A stretch of DNA of 64,000 nucleotides from Eledone cirrhosa (lineage: Eukaryota): NCBI GenBank assembly GCA_964016885.1, contig OZ024740.1:301878001-301942000 (forward strand), written 5' to 3'. Under the pieces are notes generated by a model that saw only the letters and a list, made by a program, of their open reading frames with translations, was not told the origin of the DNA and did no database searches. How positions within the stretch are numbered: position 1 is the stretch's first letter; each line of letters begins with the position of its first letter. The position numbers and the translations under genes are program-made. Shown here piece by piece: positions 27,507 through 40,931 of this stretch.

Positions 27507-29062
27507 AGGAAGTTATAGTTCACTTGAAGCATTGTGTAATGAGGTATTAACGTTTGAATTTGTAATGCCAAAACAATGTAGGTATGGACATAGAATAAAG
27601 AATGCAAATGCAAAAATATTGTTGATAATTAGTCTTTTACCTTAGATTTATTTAAATGTCCTTAATTTTGGAGATAATATCTCTTCTTCGGAGGGAAGTA
27701 AAGTGGTTAAACAAATGTTCTAAATAGCTTGCCTAGTCATGCTGACAGGAAATGGTATAGAGTATCTGTTCTGTCTCTAATGTCAAAGAGTTAAGGTTAG
27801 GTGGATAAAGAGTAGTCTCCCTTTAAAAGGTTTTTTTTTGTACATGTCTGTTTACGTGTGTGGGAGAATGCGTGAATGTGTAAGTATGTGTGTTTGAGTG
27901 GGTGTGAGTGTGAGTGTGAGAAGATGTCTATACGTACATGTGGGGGATAGATGTTCACTCGTGTTAGAACTGGTCTTTGTGTGTGTATGTGTGTGTGAGA
28001 GAGAGAATAAGTGGAGGTGTAAGCGCGTGTGTGCGTGTGTGCGTGCGTGTGTGTGTACATGTGTGTGGGAGGGGGTGTAAGTATGGGGCAAGATGCTTTA
28101 TCGGGTTATAAATTGTGTGTTGAGTTGAAGTCTGTTATTGATTGGTGGTTGTGTTTTGTCTATAATTAGTGCTTCCTTAATTCGAAGATTGCCGAGGTTT
28201 CTTTCCTTAGTTCCTATCCTAACTGTTATGGTTTTGTCGGTGTTTTTGCATTTCACTAGGTGTTTCTTAAATGAGGAAGCGTTAGTATAGAGGTGTTCTT
28301 TTATTATTATGTGGAGTGGTCTGGTGGTGCTACCTACGTAGAAGTTTCTGCATTTGTCGCACTCTAGTCTCTATACTACGTAAGTCTGGTGGCATAGGTC
28401 TGTGTCGTTGATGGAACAGTTGGCTAGCCTGCAGCGTTTGTCATGTCTGGTGTGATGTCTTTTGGTTAGCTGTCCGCGTAGAGAAGGTCCTGAGTGGGCC
28501 AGTTGGATATCTAGTCCCTCTCGTCTGATAGCTCTGCGGATGGCTGTTGTTGTTTCGTCACTGAAGTGTGGGAGCTTCAGGAAGCAAGTGTTAGTGCCTC
28601 GGGTGTGGTTCCTCTGTTTTTCTGGCACGGTTTGTGGTGGAATTCGTTCAGTTTAAGTACTTCCAGGAAATGTGTGGTGTGTGTGTCTCGGTCTCTAGCG
28701 TCGGTGCATTTGTTCCGTATACCTGTTAGTTCGTTCCTTATATATCCGAACTTAGCGCCGGCTGGGAGGGCCGATCTGAAATGTACGAATCGGTTCGTAA
28801 TGGCGGCTTATTTATAGAATACTACCGATTACTCATTTAAGAAACACCTAGTGAAATGCAAAAACACCGACAAAACCATAACAGTTAGGATAGAAACTAA
28901 AGAAAGAAACCTCGGCAATCTTAGAATTAAGCAAGCACCAATTATAGACAAAACACAACCACCAATCAATAATAGACTAGAACTCAACACCCAATTTATA
29001 ACTTGATAGAGCATCTAGCCCCATACTTACACCCTCCTCCCACACACGCACACATACACACG

Positions 29063-29093
<31 letters not shown>

Positions 29094-32000
29094 GATTACA
29101 CCTCCACTGATTCTCTCTCACACACACACACATACACACACAAAGACCAGTTCTAACACGACAGAACATCTATCCCCCACATTTGCGTATAGACATATCT
29201 TCTCACACTCTCACACACACACATACTTACACATTCACGCATTCTCACACACACTTAAACAGACATGTACCAAAAAAAAACCTTTTAAAGGGAGACTACT
29301 CTTTATCCACCTAACCTTAACTCTTTGACATTAGAGATAGAACAGATACTCTATACCATTTCCTATCAGCATGACTTGGCAAGCTATCTAGAACACTGCT
29401 TTAACCACTTTACTTCCCTCCGAAGAAGAGATATTATCTCGAAAATTAAGGACATTTAAATAAATCTAAGGTAAAAGACTAATTGTCAACTATATATTTT
29501 GCATTTGCATTCTTTATTCTATGTCCATACCTACATTGTTTTGGCTTTATAAATTCAAACGTTTATACCTCATTACACAATGCTTCAAGTGAACTATAAC
29601 TTCCTCCTTCCCTTTACGCCTGAGCCAGGCCCAGTTCACAACTGTAAAGAAACTTTTCCAGCTATCTGAAAAGCGCGCCAAAGCCGGCTGCCAAATAAAC
29701 TTCCTAAAACGATGCTTGAATAACAACATCATCCCCAAAACTATCAAAAACTTGCACCTACGAACATGCTTAAAATCACCAGGCCTCAAACGATCACTTA
29801 GCTACATACGAAAATTCTGCATACAACACCTACACCGTACGCTACAACAACACATACGGACTATTTCCAGCCTTGTACAACAACTCGCTGAAACCCCAGA
29901 ACCTCTGTCCACAATTATTTCCGCCGCTATAGACAGGTCATACCACCATCCCCGGGACTACGAGAAAATACGCCTAACGCAAACATTTCTCAAACCCAGC
30001 GCGGCTAACCGTCTTAACATCATTCCAATTCAGAGCACCAACAGAGACGAATAAGACGGTACCAACACAGAACCTAGCGGGGCCCCGACCAACAACACAC
30101 CTGACGCAAAACACCTCGTCACAGACTTGACAGGATCCCTCTCCCGAGAGGAATTAGACTTCCTCAGCCTGGGTCCCAAGTTCATATTGAAACAGAGACT
30201 GGACGACAAATTATGGCTCGACATAGAAACGAATTTCTGTCGGGCTGCCTACCAACTGAAATGGATATCAACTCTCGGCAACAACACCACGGAATCCACC
30301 ACACCCAGATTACCGATATACCAACTGGTTCGCCCACTCTGTCCACCTCCAGCCAACCGCGAGGCTAAAACATTCCGTATTTAACATCTTACGGAAACAG
30401 AAAAAGATAGCCCCAAACCTCTCCAGGACACAATAACTCGTACTGAAGAACCTACGGAATAGGGAACTTATATACTTACCATCCGACAAAGGTAAAGAGT
30501 TTTGCGTCATCTCTCAAGCCACATACAACAACCTAGCCTTTGAACACTTAAGCGACAATGAACTATATACAGAGATCCCGGACATGACTGCAGCCCAGAT
30601 CGAAAAACAGACCAACTCCACCTGGTTCGACATCTGTAGGGGAAGACAACTCCCGAATAAAGTTAAGCTCAACTACACCACTAGACATAGGAGACTGCAC
30701 ACTTTCCACCACCTCATCAAGACAGCCAAGAATAGTACTTAGACACAAATAAGACCCATCGTCTCTAGCATAGAAGGAACCCTATACAAAATCTCCTGGC
30801 TCTTTTCCCGGGTCCTCCAGCCTCTACTCTCCACCTTTCCCGGGCATGTCAGTATCTCCGACGAAGTCATACGTAGACTACACCAACTCCAGCCAGAACA
30901 ACTTAAACTAAATAGATACGCCTTTAGCCTCGACGTTGTTTCCCTCTACACTACAGTCCCCGCTCATCCAGCTGTCGATTTATTGACGGACTGCGTGGTC
31001 GCAGAGGACATCCAGTGCTACGGCCTCCATCCGACGGATATACACCAGCTTTTGTCCTTCACAGTGGACAACACGTACTTCACCTTCCACCATCACACAT
31101 ACAGACAGACAACAGGATTACCCATGGGATCAAGCCTATCATACCTGCTGTCCATCAGCTATATGAACCAGCTAGAATGCCGAGCCCTCAACACCTGCCA
31201 TTCCCATACCTTCTTCACCCGATATGTAGATGACATACTCATCCGTGAGGAGGCGGATAAAATATACACAACATGGACGCCAGCATAAAGGTCAGCATGG
31301 AACACCCTATCCCTACTGGACTTCCAACTCAGGGTAACAAAGGGAGGCAATATCCACACCTGATTCTATAAAAAAGCCGCCAGTAGAGACCTGTTCGTAC
31401 ATTTCAGATCGGCCCTCCCAGCCGGCGCTAAGTTCGGATACATAAGGAACGAACTACACGTATCCGGAACAAATGAACCGACGCTAGAGACCGAGACACA
31501 CACACCACACATTTCCTGGAAGTAGTCAAACTGAACGGATACACGACATCGACCACAAACCGTGCCAGAAAGAATAGACCACACCCGAGGCACTAACACT
31601 CGCTTCCTGAAGCTTCCATACTTCAGTGACGAAACAACAACAGTCATCCGCAGAGCTATCAGACGAGAGGGACTAGATATCCAACTGGCCCACTCAGGAC
31701 TTTCTCTACGCGGACAGCTAACCAAAAGACACTCCAACAGGCATGACAACCGCTGCAGGCTAGCCAACTGCCCCATCAACGACACAGACCTATGCCACCA
31801 GGCTTACGTAGTATAGAGACTAGAGTGCGACAAATGCAGAAACTTCTACGTAGGTAGCTCCACCAGACCACTCCACATAAGAATAAAAGAACACCTCAAT
31901 ACTAACGCTTCCTCATTTAAGAAACACCTAGTGAAATGCAAAAACACCGACAAAACCATAACAGTTAGGATAGAATTCTCGGCAATCTTAGAAGTAAGGA

Positions 32001-32548
32001 AGCACTAATTATAGACAAAACACAACCACCAATCAATAATAGACTAGAATTCAACACCCAATTTATAACTTGATAGAGCATCTAGCCCCATATATACACC
32101 CCCCACACACACAAGCGCACACACACACGCACGCACACACACACGCGCGCTTAAACCTCCACTTATTCTCTCTCACACACACACATACACACACAAAGAC
32201 CAATTCTAACACGAGAGAACATTTATCCCCCACATTTGCGTATAGATATATCTTCTCACACTAACACACACATACTTACACATTCACGCATTCTCCCACA
32301 CACTTAAACAGACCTGTACCAAAAAAAACTTTTAAAGGGAGACTACTTTTTATCCACCTAACCTTAACTCTTTGACATTAGAGATAGAACAGATACTCTA
32401 TACCATTTCCTGTCAGCATGACTTGGCAAGCTATTTAGAACACTGGTTTAACCACTTTACTTCCCTCCGAAGAAGAGATATTATCTATTTGCATTCTTTA
32501 TTCTATGTCCATACCTACATTGTTTTGGCTTTACAAATTCAAACGTTT
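27505..32548 (+). mobile_element. Near full-length PLE (disrupted ORF about 29580-32060) with 5' tandem pLTR and 1.3-kb inverted copy
   Basis: FLKRCLNNNIIP, LSLGPKF, YLPSDKG, FSLDVVSLY, GLPMGSSLS, RYVDDIL, LKLPY, CRLANC and VVYRLECDKCRNFYVGSSTRPLHIRIKEH motifs. 28832-29560 repeats 31912-32548; 27505-28822 is the inverted 3' part. Confidence 0.95.
29417..29451 (+). ncRNA. Hammerhead-like motif with U4C core change
   Basis: CCT-CCGAAGA-aGAGAT-att-ATCTC-GAAA-AT-TA-AGG, located in the PLE pLTR. Confidence 0.5.
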
Positions 32549-32593
32549 ATATATATATATATATATATACATACATATATACATACACATACA

Positions 32594-32822
32594 AGTTCTT
32601 CTTTTCGGGGCAAACGCATTTGATACTCAAAGAGTGGGATTGACCCTGTGAAAGCGTTTCTTCACTTAAAAAAAGCTTCAAGCGGAAGTATTGCTTGGTA
32701 TGTGACAATTTTTGCGATATATGGTATTGCTAACCATGGGGAAGTCCCTAGCAGTACTAAAAAGCCACGTCCGTGATGCTGATATTTAAATGGCATTACT
32801 CCAAATCGAGTTTCAGCCATCA
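32594..32822. repeat. Dispersed repeat family (second copy about 54083-54320)
   Basis: Shared blocks GAGTGGGATTG, AAGTCCCTAGCAG, GCCACGTC and GGCATTAC in the same order and spacing. Confidence 0.8.
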
Positions 32823-33321
32823 TATATATATATATATATATATCTTGTTTCATTCTCTTTTTTTTTTTGCACGTGTGCGCGTGTGTCGTGTATGGGTTTT
32901 GTGACTCCAGTATCTCCGATGGAAATTCAGAAGTAAAACGGATTTGAAGTTAGAATTAATTTTACAATACAGTGTAATCCAGATAATTTCCTAATCATCA
33001 TATTAATTAATTATCGAAAAATTAATCGGCAACCACACGCGGCTTATTTTAATGAATATTCCACCGCCAAGAACTGTGCATTGCAATGTTGTTTTTATGA
33101 AATATTTACACGAAATATTAAATCTCTCTCTTCCGAGAGAGATGCGTGCCATGTTCACATTTGGTAATTGCTGATACCTACAGTGGTAACTGCGCCACGC
33201 ATATATATGGCAGCGGTTCCCGAATCATTTCAGTATAAAGATATCTAGTTAAAATATTCACCACCGACCCCCCATACACACACATACACACAGACACACA
33301 CACACACACACACACATATAT

Positions 33322-33352
<31 letters not shown>

Positions 33353-34286
33353 GCCGTCAAAATTACGCCAATCCTTTTTCCAGATTATTATACGATGAAA
33401 ATAAAAATCGAAAGAGAGGACAGTTTATGCTCAGGGTGGATTCACTGTAGTGGGTTTAAATCCTGTTTTAAACAATGTACCTATTTATCTAAAATTTAAC
33501 TCACGTTCCCCCAGCAATTATATTGTAGATCGACAGCCGTCCGCAGATCTTACATTGGACAACCAATAATTTAAGGAGACAGTTGATAATAGATTAAGTG
33601 ATATATTTATTAGACCTCAGAAATACATAAATAGCTAAGGGTTTTACAGAACGCGTGTCTGTTTTGCGCATGTAATTACATATTCACTACCGGCAAAACG
33701 CATTTTATTTTTGTAAAGTAAATCAACACATTTATGTGTAAAGGTTCACCAGCAGTTTGCAAATCAGACAACACATTTATAATTATTTATAATAGTAACA
33801 TTGTGATTGGTTTGCTTCTACCCAAATACTATATAAACCAGACTTTAAATCCTAACTTGGCAAATGATATGAGAAAAAAATAAAACGTAATACTTAATAA
33901 CACATATTCTCAGGCCATTGAAATATCAATAATCTGACAAATATATTGTCAGTCACAATAAATCCTACCATATCACTGATTCATTATTATTTTACATCAG
34001 ATTATGCTTAGCCATGCATGTTATGGAACATTGAAAACTATCACAAATGCTTTTAATACTCTGACGTAACCTAACACTTTACCTCTTCTACATAAAATAC
34101 AACACCATACACACACTACTCCCACATACCTCCACACACGTTTATATTTTATATATATACATATATATATATATATATAATTTACGTATAGCACGGAGCA
34201 TATGTGCATAAACACACATGCACCGTTGTATTATGACAGTATTGTGTTAGCTCAATGTACAAGAACAGAGCCGTTATATGTAAAAG

Positions 34287-35105
34287 AAACCAAAGAACGC
34301 TTACATACTCAAACAGTTTTTATTTGCTTACAATGTTTCATCCATACCGTTTGGTAGATATCCTCAGAGATTAATAAACACAGTGCTGAGTATAAACTCA
34401 ACAGAGCCTAGTCACACGAACAATCGGAATGCAAAAGGGTAAAGATAGGGAGATCAGAGATGGCGAACAAGGAGAGGGTACGTGTTTGGGTTTGTTAAGC
34501 ACCACAGCTAAATGCCAGGCTACAAGATGGAGATATAATTGATGGCACACAAGAGCAAAGAATACAGGCAATGGTTAACACATAATAAAAAATAATTATA
34601 AAATAATAAAATGAAGATAATATAAAGAGATAAAAAGTAAAAAGGTAAAAAATTAAAAAAGTAAAAAGTTTTTTTTTAATTTAAAAAAAAAAGAAATAAA
34701 AACAGAAGGAAGAAAAATGTTTTAAGCACATAAAGAAGCCAGAGGAAATTAAGCGCCGGTCCCTAATAAAACGAGTGAATAGGATCTCCGTAACTTATAA
34801 TTATATAAGCATTAGGAGATCCTTGTGGTATATCCAGAAAAACCACAGTAATCAGAATTCCCTCCATGTTATACATATACAAGGTATACTGGTAGGTACC
34901 CGAATTACGTAGCCAATGGGTGCTCCACAAGCATATAGGTAGGTATCACATAAACAAATTATGGTTACTACAGGATAGAGCTGAGTATGAGGAGCATATA
35001 CTCAGCACTGTGTTTATTAAGCTCTGAGGATAACAAACGGCATGGAAGAAACATTGTAAGTAAATAAAAACTGTTTGAGTATGTAAGCGTTCTTTGTTTT
35101 CTTTT
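34287..35105. mobile_element. Non-coding pLTR-like fold-back element with HHRs (34326-34370 -, 35021-35061 +)
   Basis: Arms 34287-34397 / 34998-35105. CTGAGGA...GAAAC-att-GTA core present in both arms. Confidence 0.75.
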
Positions 35106-35330
35106 ACACACACATATATATATATATGTGTATATTGTTATACTTGGGGACGGTCATATTGTTCTAATAATATTGCCAGAATTAATAACAGAACACCCTC
35201 ACTGTTTGTTTGGTTTTCGCTTCTGTATCTTTCATATCAGTTAATTTATTGGGTCCTCAATGTTTACACTTGACTGACCAAAGGTAAAAAATACAGATAT
35301 AATATAGACACAAACACATATATATAGTCT

Positions 35331-35372
35331 AACAAAGTTCTTTCGTTGCACATCTGCAACATCGTCAGTGGT
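35331..35372 (-). ncRNA. Hammerhead ribozyme (inverted copy 39315-39356 has G12C)
   Basis: CTGACGA-tGTTGCA-gatg-TGCAAC-GAAA-G-aa-C-TT. Stem II is 6 bp; stem I is imperfect. Confidence 0.7.
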
Positions 35373-37280
35373 GCTATTATGTTTCCTCCTGTTGTATTGT
35401 ATGTCTACGCCATCTTTATTTAATCTGTTTATTTTTTATTTGTGTCTTCTTCTTTGCGTATGCGTTTGCGTGTGTGTATAGTGTTTGATGTGTGTTCGTG
35501 TTTAGGTGACTGTGTTTTGATTATTGAATTCTATCTTAGTTTAGTAGTGTGTGTTTATATGTGTTTGTTGTTATTGTGCTTATGTATGTATTTATTTATT
35601 TATTTATATTTCTCTTAGGTCAGTATTGTTTCTTTTGGTGTTGTTGTTATTCCATTCAATCTCTCTGTTTAGCTTTGGCCTTCTAAGTTCTATTTCACTG
35701 GCTTCTCTGATTTGCCTATCTGCTGGGTCATTTCTATGTTTAGATATTATTTTAATTTCTATGTTGTCTATGTTACCGTCGTGTTGTTGTCTGGCGTGTT
35801 CGTATAGTACTGAACCGTTTTTTCGTCCTTTTAGTTACCCTCATTGTTGGTCTATCCTTTCACCTATGCTACGAGCTGTCTCGCCTATGTACGTTGTTGT
35901 CATGTTTCTGCAAGTACTCTCTGTACATCTTATGCTATAGACTACGTTTCTAGTTTTACAGTTTATCCGGCGGTTTACTTTACATATAATACATGTCCTA
36001 TTAGTACAGTGGGTTTTCTTAAAAGGGTATGTTTTGCTGATCAGGGATTTTATGGTGGTTCCTGGCTTTTCTACACCTTAATCTTTAAGTGGGTCTTTCT
36101 CAGCGCTTTTCTACACTGGTTAGCTAATTTCACTCCAGGGGTAGCGTCCACGAACATGACACTCTGATATCTCTTGTTGTCGTACCATGAGATGGCTTTC
36201 CCTATCTTATGTTTAGTCCTATCTAAGCTATTTGCTCCTGTATAATGGGCAAATTCCTTTCATGTTCTGTTCTATGAGCGTCTTATACTTCTCCGTGGCT
36301 CCTTCGTATACTGTGATTCTGTCTTTTTTGGTTGTAGCCAGATAACTGCATGCGGTTGATGAAGTGTTGGATGTGTCTTTCCATTTCTCTTGGGTCGCAC
36401 ATGCGGGACACGTTTTTCATCACTCGTACCAAGTCTGCAATCAGAATATTAAACTTAGCACTACTGGACGTTGCTGAGATTTTGAGTATCAGGTATTTGA
36501 AGGCTATGGTCTTAGCGTAGTGGGAGTGGAGAATTTGGGCTCTCTCGTCTATAGTGTTAATCCAGAGTTACTTGTCTAATACAGGTAGTCTGTTGCGGGT
36601 CGTCGACTGCCTTATGATCTTTGCGGAGTCCATACAAGGGTGGTATGTCATTGTTAGTCGCCTGGAAGTTGTTGGAAGTGAATCTCCTTGGCTTTAGGTT
36701 GTCGGTCCACATCATCATTTGAGCGTTGAGCCTTTTCTCTCTCCCCTCGTGTATTTGCTGTGTAATTTCGCTCGTATTGGTGATGTGGGGTTGCATAGCC
36801 TTGATGTAGTTCGGCATGCTGTCTATTGACATCCTACCCGACTTATCCGTGGGTAGACATACTACCTCACCATCCCTTGTGCGCTGCTTGAGGCTAACTA
36901 TGCCTTCTACAGGTTTCCTCCCAAGTTGTTGGACCTCTGGTCTGCTTTGTCTCTGAGTATACCGGTCTACTATTTCTCTAATCTTATTTCGAGCTATGGT
37001 GAACTGTGCCTCTGTCTCATCATCTATTTGTTGTTGTATACAAACACTTTTATTAAATAGTAACCTCGTAGGATAAATATTACCCATCTGATATGTCTTG
37101 TCAGCTGGATTGAAGAATAGTTTCTCTAAGGGGTTGCCATTATATCTATCGTCATAGTTGTGTGTGTTGCTATTATTGTTATTATGGTGGTTGTTGTTGT
37201 TCCTATCATTAACATTATTATTATTGTTATTTTCCCCTACATGTCGCCCCTTGTGTCTAATAAATGAAATCATTATTATT

Positions 37281-37378
37281 GTTAACTTTGCCTTTCATCC
37301 TTCCGGGGTCGATAGAATAAAGTACCAGTAATGCATTGGGTAATTGCTGGCCTTGTGCCAAAGTAGAAACAATTATTA
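37281..37378 (+). mobile_element. SINE 3' half
   Basis: Matches 37813-37908. Confidence 0.85.
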
Positions 37379-37720
37379 TTGTTATGATTGCTAGATGTAT
37401 TGTTTGTGAGGTGTATTGTTGTTTTCTCTACTGTTATTGATGTTGTTACTGTTATTTCTACCATTGTGGTTGTTACTTTTATTATTATTTTCTTGTTTTT
37501 GTTGTTGTGTCTATCATTAATGTTGCTACACGTATTATTTCCATTATTACTACTGTGGTGGTTGTTGTTGTTACTCGTATTATTTCTATTATTACTACTG
37601 TGGTTGTTGTTGTTACTCGTATTATTTCCATTATTACTATTGTGGTTGTTTTTGTTGTGTCTGTCGTTAATGTTTCTATATTATTATTGTGGTTATTATT
37701 ATTATTATTATTGTATTATA

Positions 37721-37908
37721 GGGCGGTGAATTGGCAGTATCAGTAGAGAGTCGGACGTGATGCTTTCCAGCATAGTTACATCTCTTTACGGTCTGAGTTC
37801 AAATCCCGCCGAGGTTAACTTTGCCTTTCATCCTTTCGGGGTCGATAAAATAAAGTACCAGTAATGTACTGGGTATGTGCTGGCCTTGTGCCAAAAGTAG
37901 AAACAATT
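37721..37908 (+). mobile_element. tRNA-derived SINE, full length
   Basis: A-box-like TGGCAGTATCAG, B-box GAGTTCAAATCC, conserved core and (ATT)n tail. Confidence 0.9.
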
Positions 37909-38419
37909 ATTATTATTGTGGTTGTTGTTGTTGATCTGTCTATCATTAATATTATTACCATTATTATTACTACTATTTCTTACTCTCCTGCTATTTTTAT
38001 TGTTATGACTTTTACTATTATAGCTGTTATTTCTATACTCAGAGTTATTGTTTATATTACTATTATCGTTATTATTGTTGTTGTTGTTTACTTTTACATT
38101 CCAACGTATTTTTGTAAAACACCTTTCCAGCTCCGTTTTGCACTTGATTGGATTAATCTTTTTGTAGATAGCAAATTCGGTGGGACCTGTACAACTTGTT
38201 GTTCTTGTTCACAGATTAAAGTGTTCCCATACATATTTATTGTGTGGTCATTGATAAATTCTGCCGGTAATGCTATGTCTGTCATACTGATATTGTTGAT
38301 GTTAGCAGGGTATTTTCTATTTTTCTTTCTTCTAGTTTTTTCTTCCTCATCCAATCGAATTTCTTATTGAAATGTCTATTGCATTCGTTTCGAGAGCGTA
38401 TTTCGTTTCACGTCGAAGC

Positions 38420-39555
38420 CGCTCATGAGTTCAGCCAACTGGTACAACTGGAAAATGAAAGGAATTTGCCCATTATACAGGAGCAAATCATGGAATAGTT
38501 TAGATAGGACTAAACATAAGATAGGGAAAGCTACCTCGTGGTACGACAACCAGAGATACCAGAGTTTCATGTTTGTGGACGCTACCCCTGGAGAGAAATT
38601 AGTTTACCAGTGTAGAAAGGCCCTGAGAAAGACCCACTTAAAGATTAAGGTGGTAGAAAAGCCATCAACCACCATAAAATCCCTGGTCAGCAAAACATAC
38701 CCTTTTAAGAAAATCCACTCTACTAATAGGAAATGTATTACATGTAAAGTAAACCCCCGGATAAACTGTAAAACTAGAAACCTAGTCTATAGCATAAGAT
38801 GTACAGAGGGTACTTGCAGAAACATGACAACAACATACATAGGCGAGACAGCTCGTAGCATAGGTGAAAGGATAGACCAACACTGGGGGGAACTAAAAGG
38901 ACGAAAGAACGGTTCAGAAATATACGAACATGCCAGACAACAACACGACGGCAACATAGACAACATAGAAATTAAAATAATATCTAAACATAGAAATGAC
39001 CCAGCAGATAGGCAAATCAGAGAGGCCAGTGAAATAGAACTTAGAAGGCCAAAGCTAAACAGAAAAATAAAAATATAAATAAATAAATAAATGAATACAT
39101 ACACAAGCACAATAACAACAAACACATATAACACACACACTAGTAAACTAGGATAGAATACAATAACCAAAACACTGTCACCCAAACACGAACACACATC
39201 AAACACTATACACACACGCAAACGCATGCGCAGAGAAGAAGACAAAAATAAATAAATAAACAGATTAAATAAAGATGGCGTAGACATACAATACAACAGG
39301 AGGAACATAATAGCACCACTGACGATGTTGCAGATGTGCAACCAAAGAACTTTTTAAAACTGTATATATGTGTTTGTGTCTATATTATATCTGTATTTTA
39401 TACTGCTGGTCAGTCAATGGTAAACATTGAGGACCGAATAGATTAACTTATATGAAAGATACAGAAGCGAAAACCAACCAAACAGTGAATGTGTTCTGTT
39501 ATTACTTCTGGCAATATTATTACAACAATATGACACTCCCCAAGTATAACAATAT
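38420..39555 (+). mobile_element. Inverted copy of PLE 3' end with open GIY-YIG frame (38425-39078)
   Basis: FVDATPG...CITC...CKTRNLVYSIRC...YIGETARSIGER...RQIREASEI...LN. Reverse complement of 35132-36265. Confidence 0.92.
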
Positions 39556-39593
39556 TTGTTTCGACACATGATTTCATATCAAAGACCTCGCAA

Positions 39594-39662
<69 letters not shown>

Positions 39663-39663
<1 letters not shown>

Positions 39664-40931
39664 GGAATAGTATGAAACGAAATTTCATTTCTCCCTTCTA
39701 GCACGGCAGTTACTTAAATGTAAGTATGTATGTATGTATACGTACATACATATATGTATACAGACGTACAGTAGTATGTATATATATACATACATGCATG
39801 GACACCTATATATGGACGTATCGGTTTACCAAACATTTATTATAATGCTCGGTTTGTTTGTAAACGTGGTTGCCTATACACTGTACGGCATAATTCGGGC
39901 TATTTGTTTGTTTACAAAGAAACTGAGCATTATAATAAATGTTCGGTAAACCGATCTGTGCATATATATATGTGTGCATGTTTGTATATATATACATACA
40001 ACTATACGTCTGTATACATATATGTATGTACGTATACATACATACTTACATTTAACTAACCTCCGTGCTAGGAATGAGAAATGAAATTTCGTTTCATTCT
40101 ATTCCATTTATCATTTTCGATGCGCCCGGCCGACTAAACTCACTCGATATGCAAATTAGGCTGTTCAGCCGTTAATATGCATACGGAAATGATATAGTTT
40201 CAGACGTTCAACAAGCTGGCAAGAAGGTATACGACGCTGACGATAGCTAATAAGCTTGAAACAAGTACATCGTTCCGGTGTCAGTGTTGAACAAAAAGGT
40301 GACGTGGTTGCCTAAACACTGTACGGCATAATTCGGGCTGTTTGTTTGTTTACAAACAAACCGAGCATTATAATAAATGTTCGTTAAGCGATACGTGCAT
40401 ATATATATGTGTGCATGTATTTATATATATACATACTACGGTACATCTGTATACATATATGTATGTACGTATTCATACATACATACTTACATTTAAGTAA
40501 CTGCCGTGCTAAGAATGAGAAATGAAATTTCGTTTCAATCTATTCCATTTATCGTTTTTGGTGCGCCCGGCCGACTAAACTCACTCGATATGCAAATTAG
40601 GCTGCTCAGCCGTTAATATGCATAAGGAAAGTATATACTTCCAGACGTTCAACCATCTGGCAGGAAGGTATACGATGCTGACGATAGCTAATAACCTTAA
40701 AACTAGTACATCGTTCCTGTGTCAGTGTTGAACAAAAAGGTGACGTGGTTGCCTAAACACTGCACAGCATAATTCGGGCTGTTTGTTTGTTTACAAACAA
40801 ACCGAGCATTATAATAAGCGTTCGGTAAACCGATACGTGCATATATATATGTGTGTGTGCATGTAGGTATATATATACATACTAGTGTACGTCTGTATAC
40901 ATATATGTATGTACGTATACATACATACATA

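Larger units (their letters stand above)
35132..38372 (-). mobile_element. PLE, internally deleted, with Asn-rich insert and nested SINEs
   Basis: QVPP(N)FAIYKK..ELERCFTKIRW (frameshifted), VVCLPTDKSG, PPLYGLRKDHK, FVDATPG and YIGETARS motifs. The RT core is deleted near 36560. Confidence 0.88.

Noticed and set aside
31355-31380. In-frame TGA as possible selenocysteine (Naiad-type PLE)
   Set aside because: The ORF has other TAA/TAG stops and frameshifts, the TGA is not at an evident Cys position, and no SECIS was identified.
38376-38420. Minus-strand CTCATGA...GAAAC hammerhead-like motif
   Set aside because: G5 is mutated and the NUH triplet is absent.
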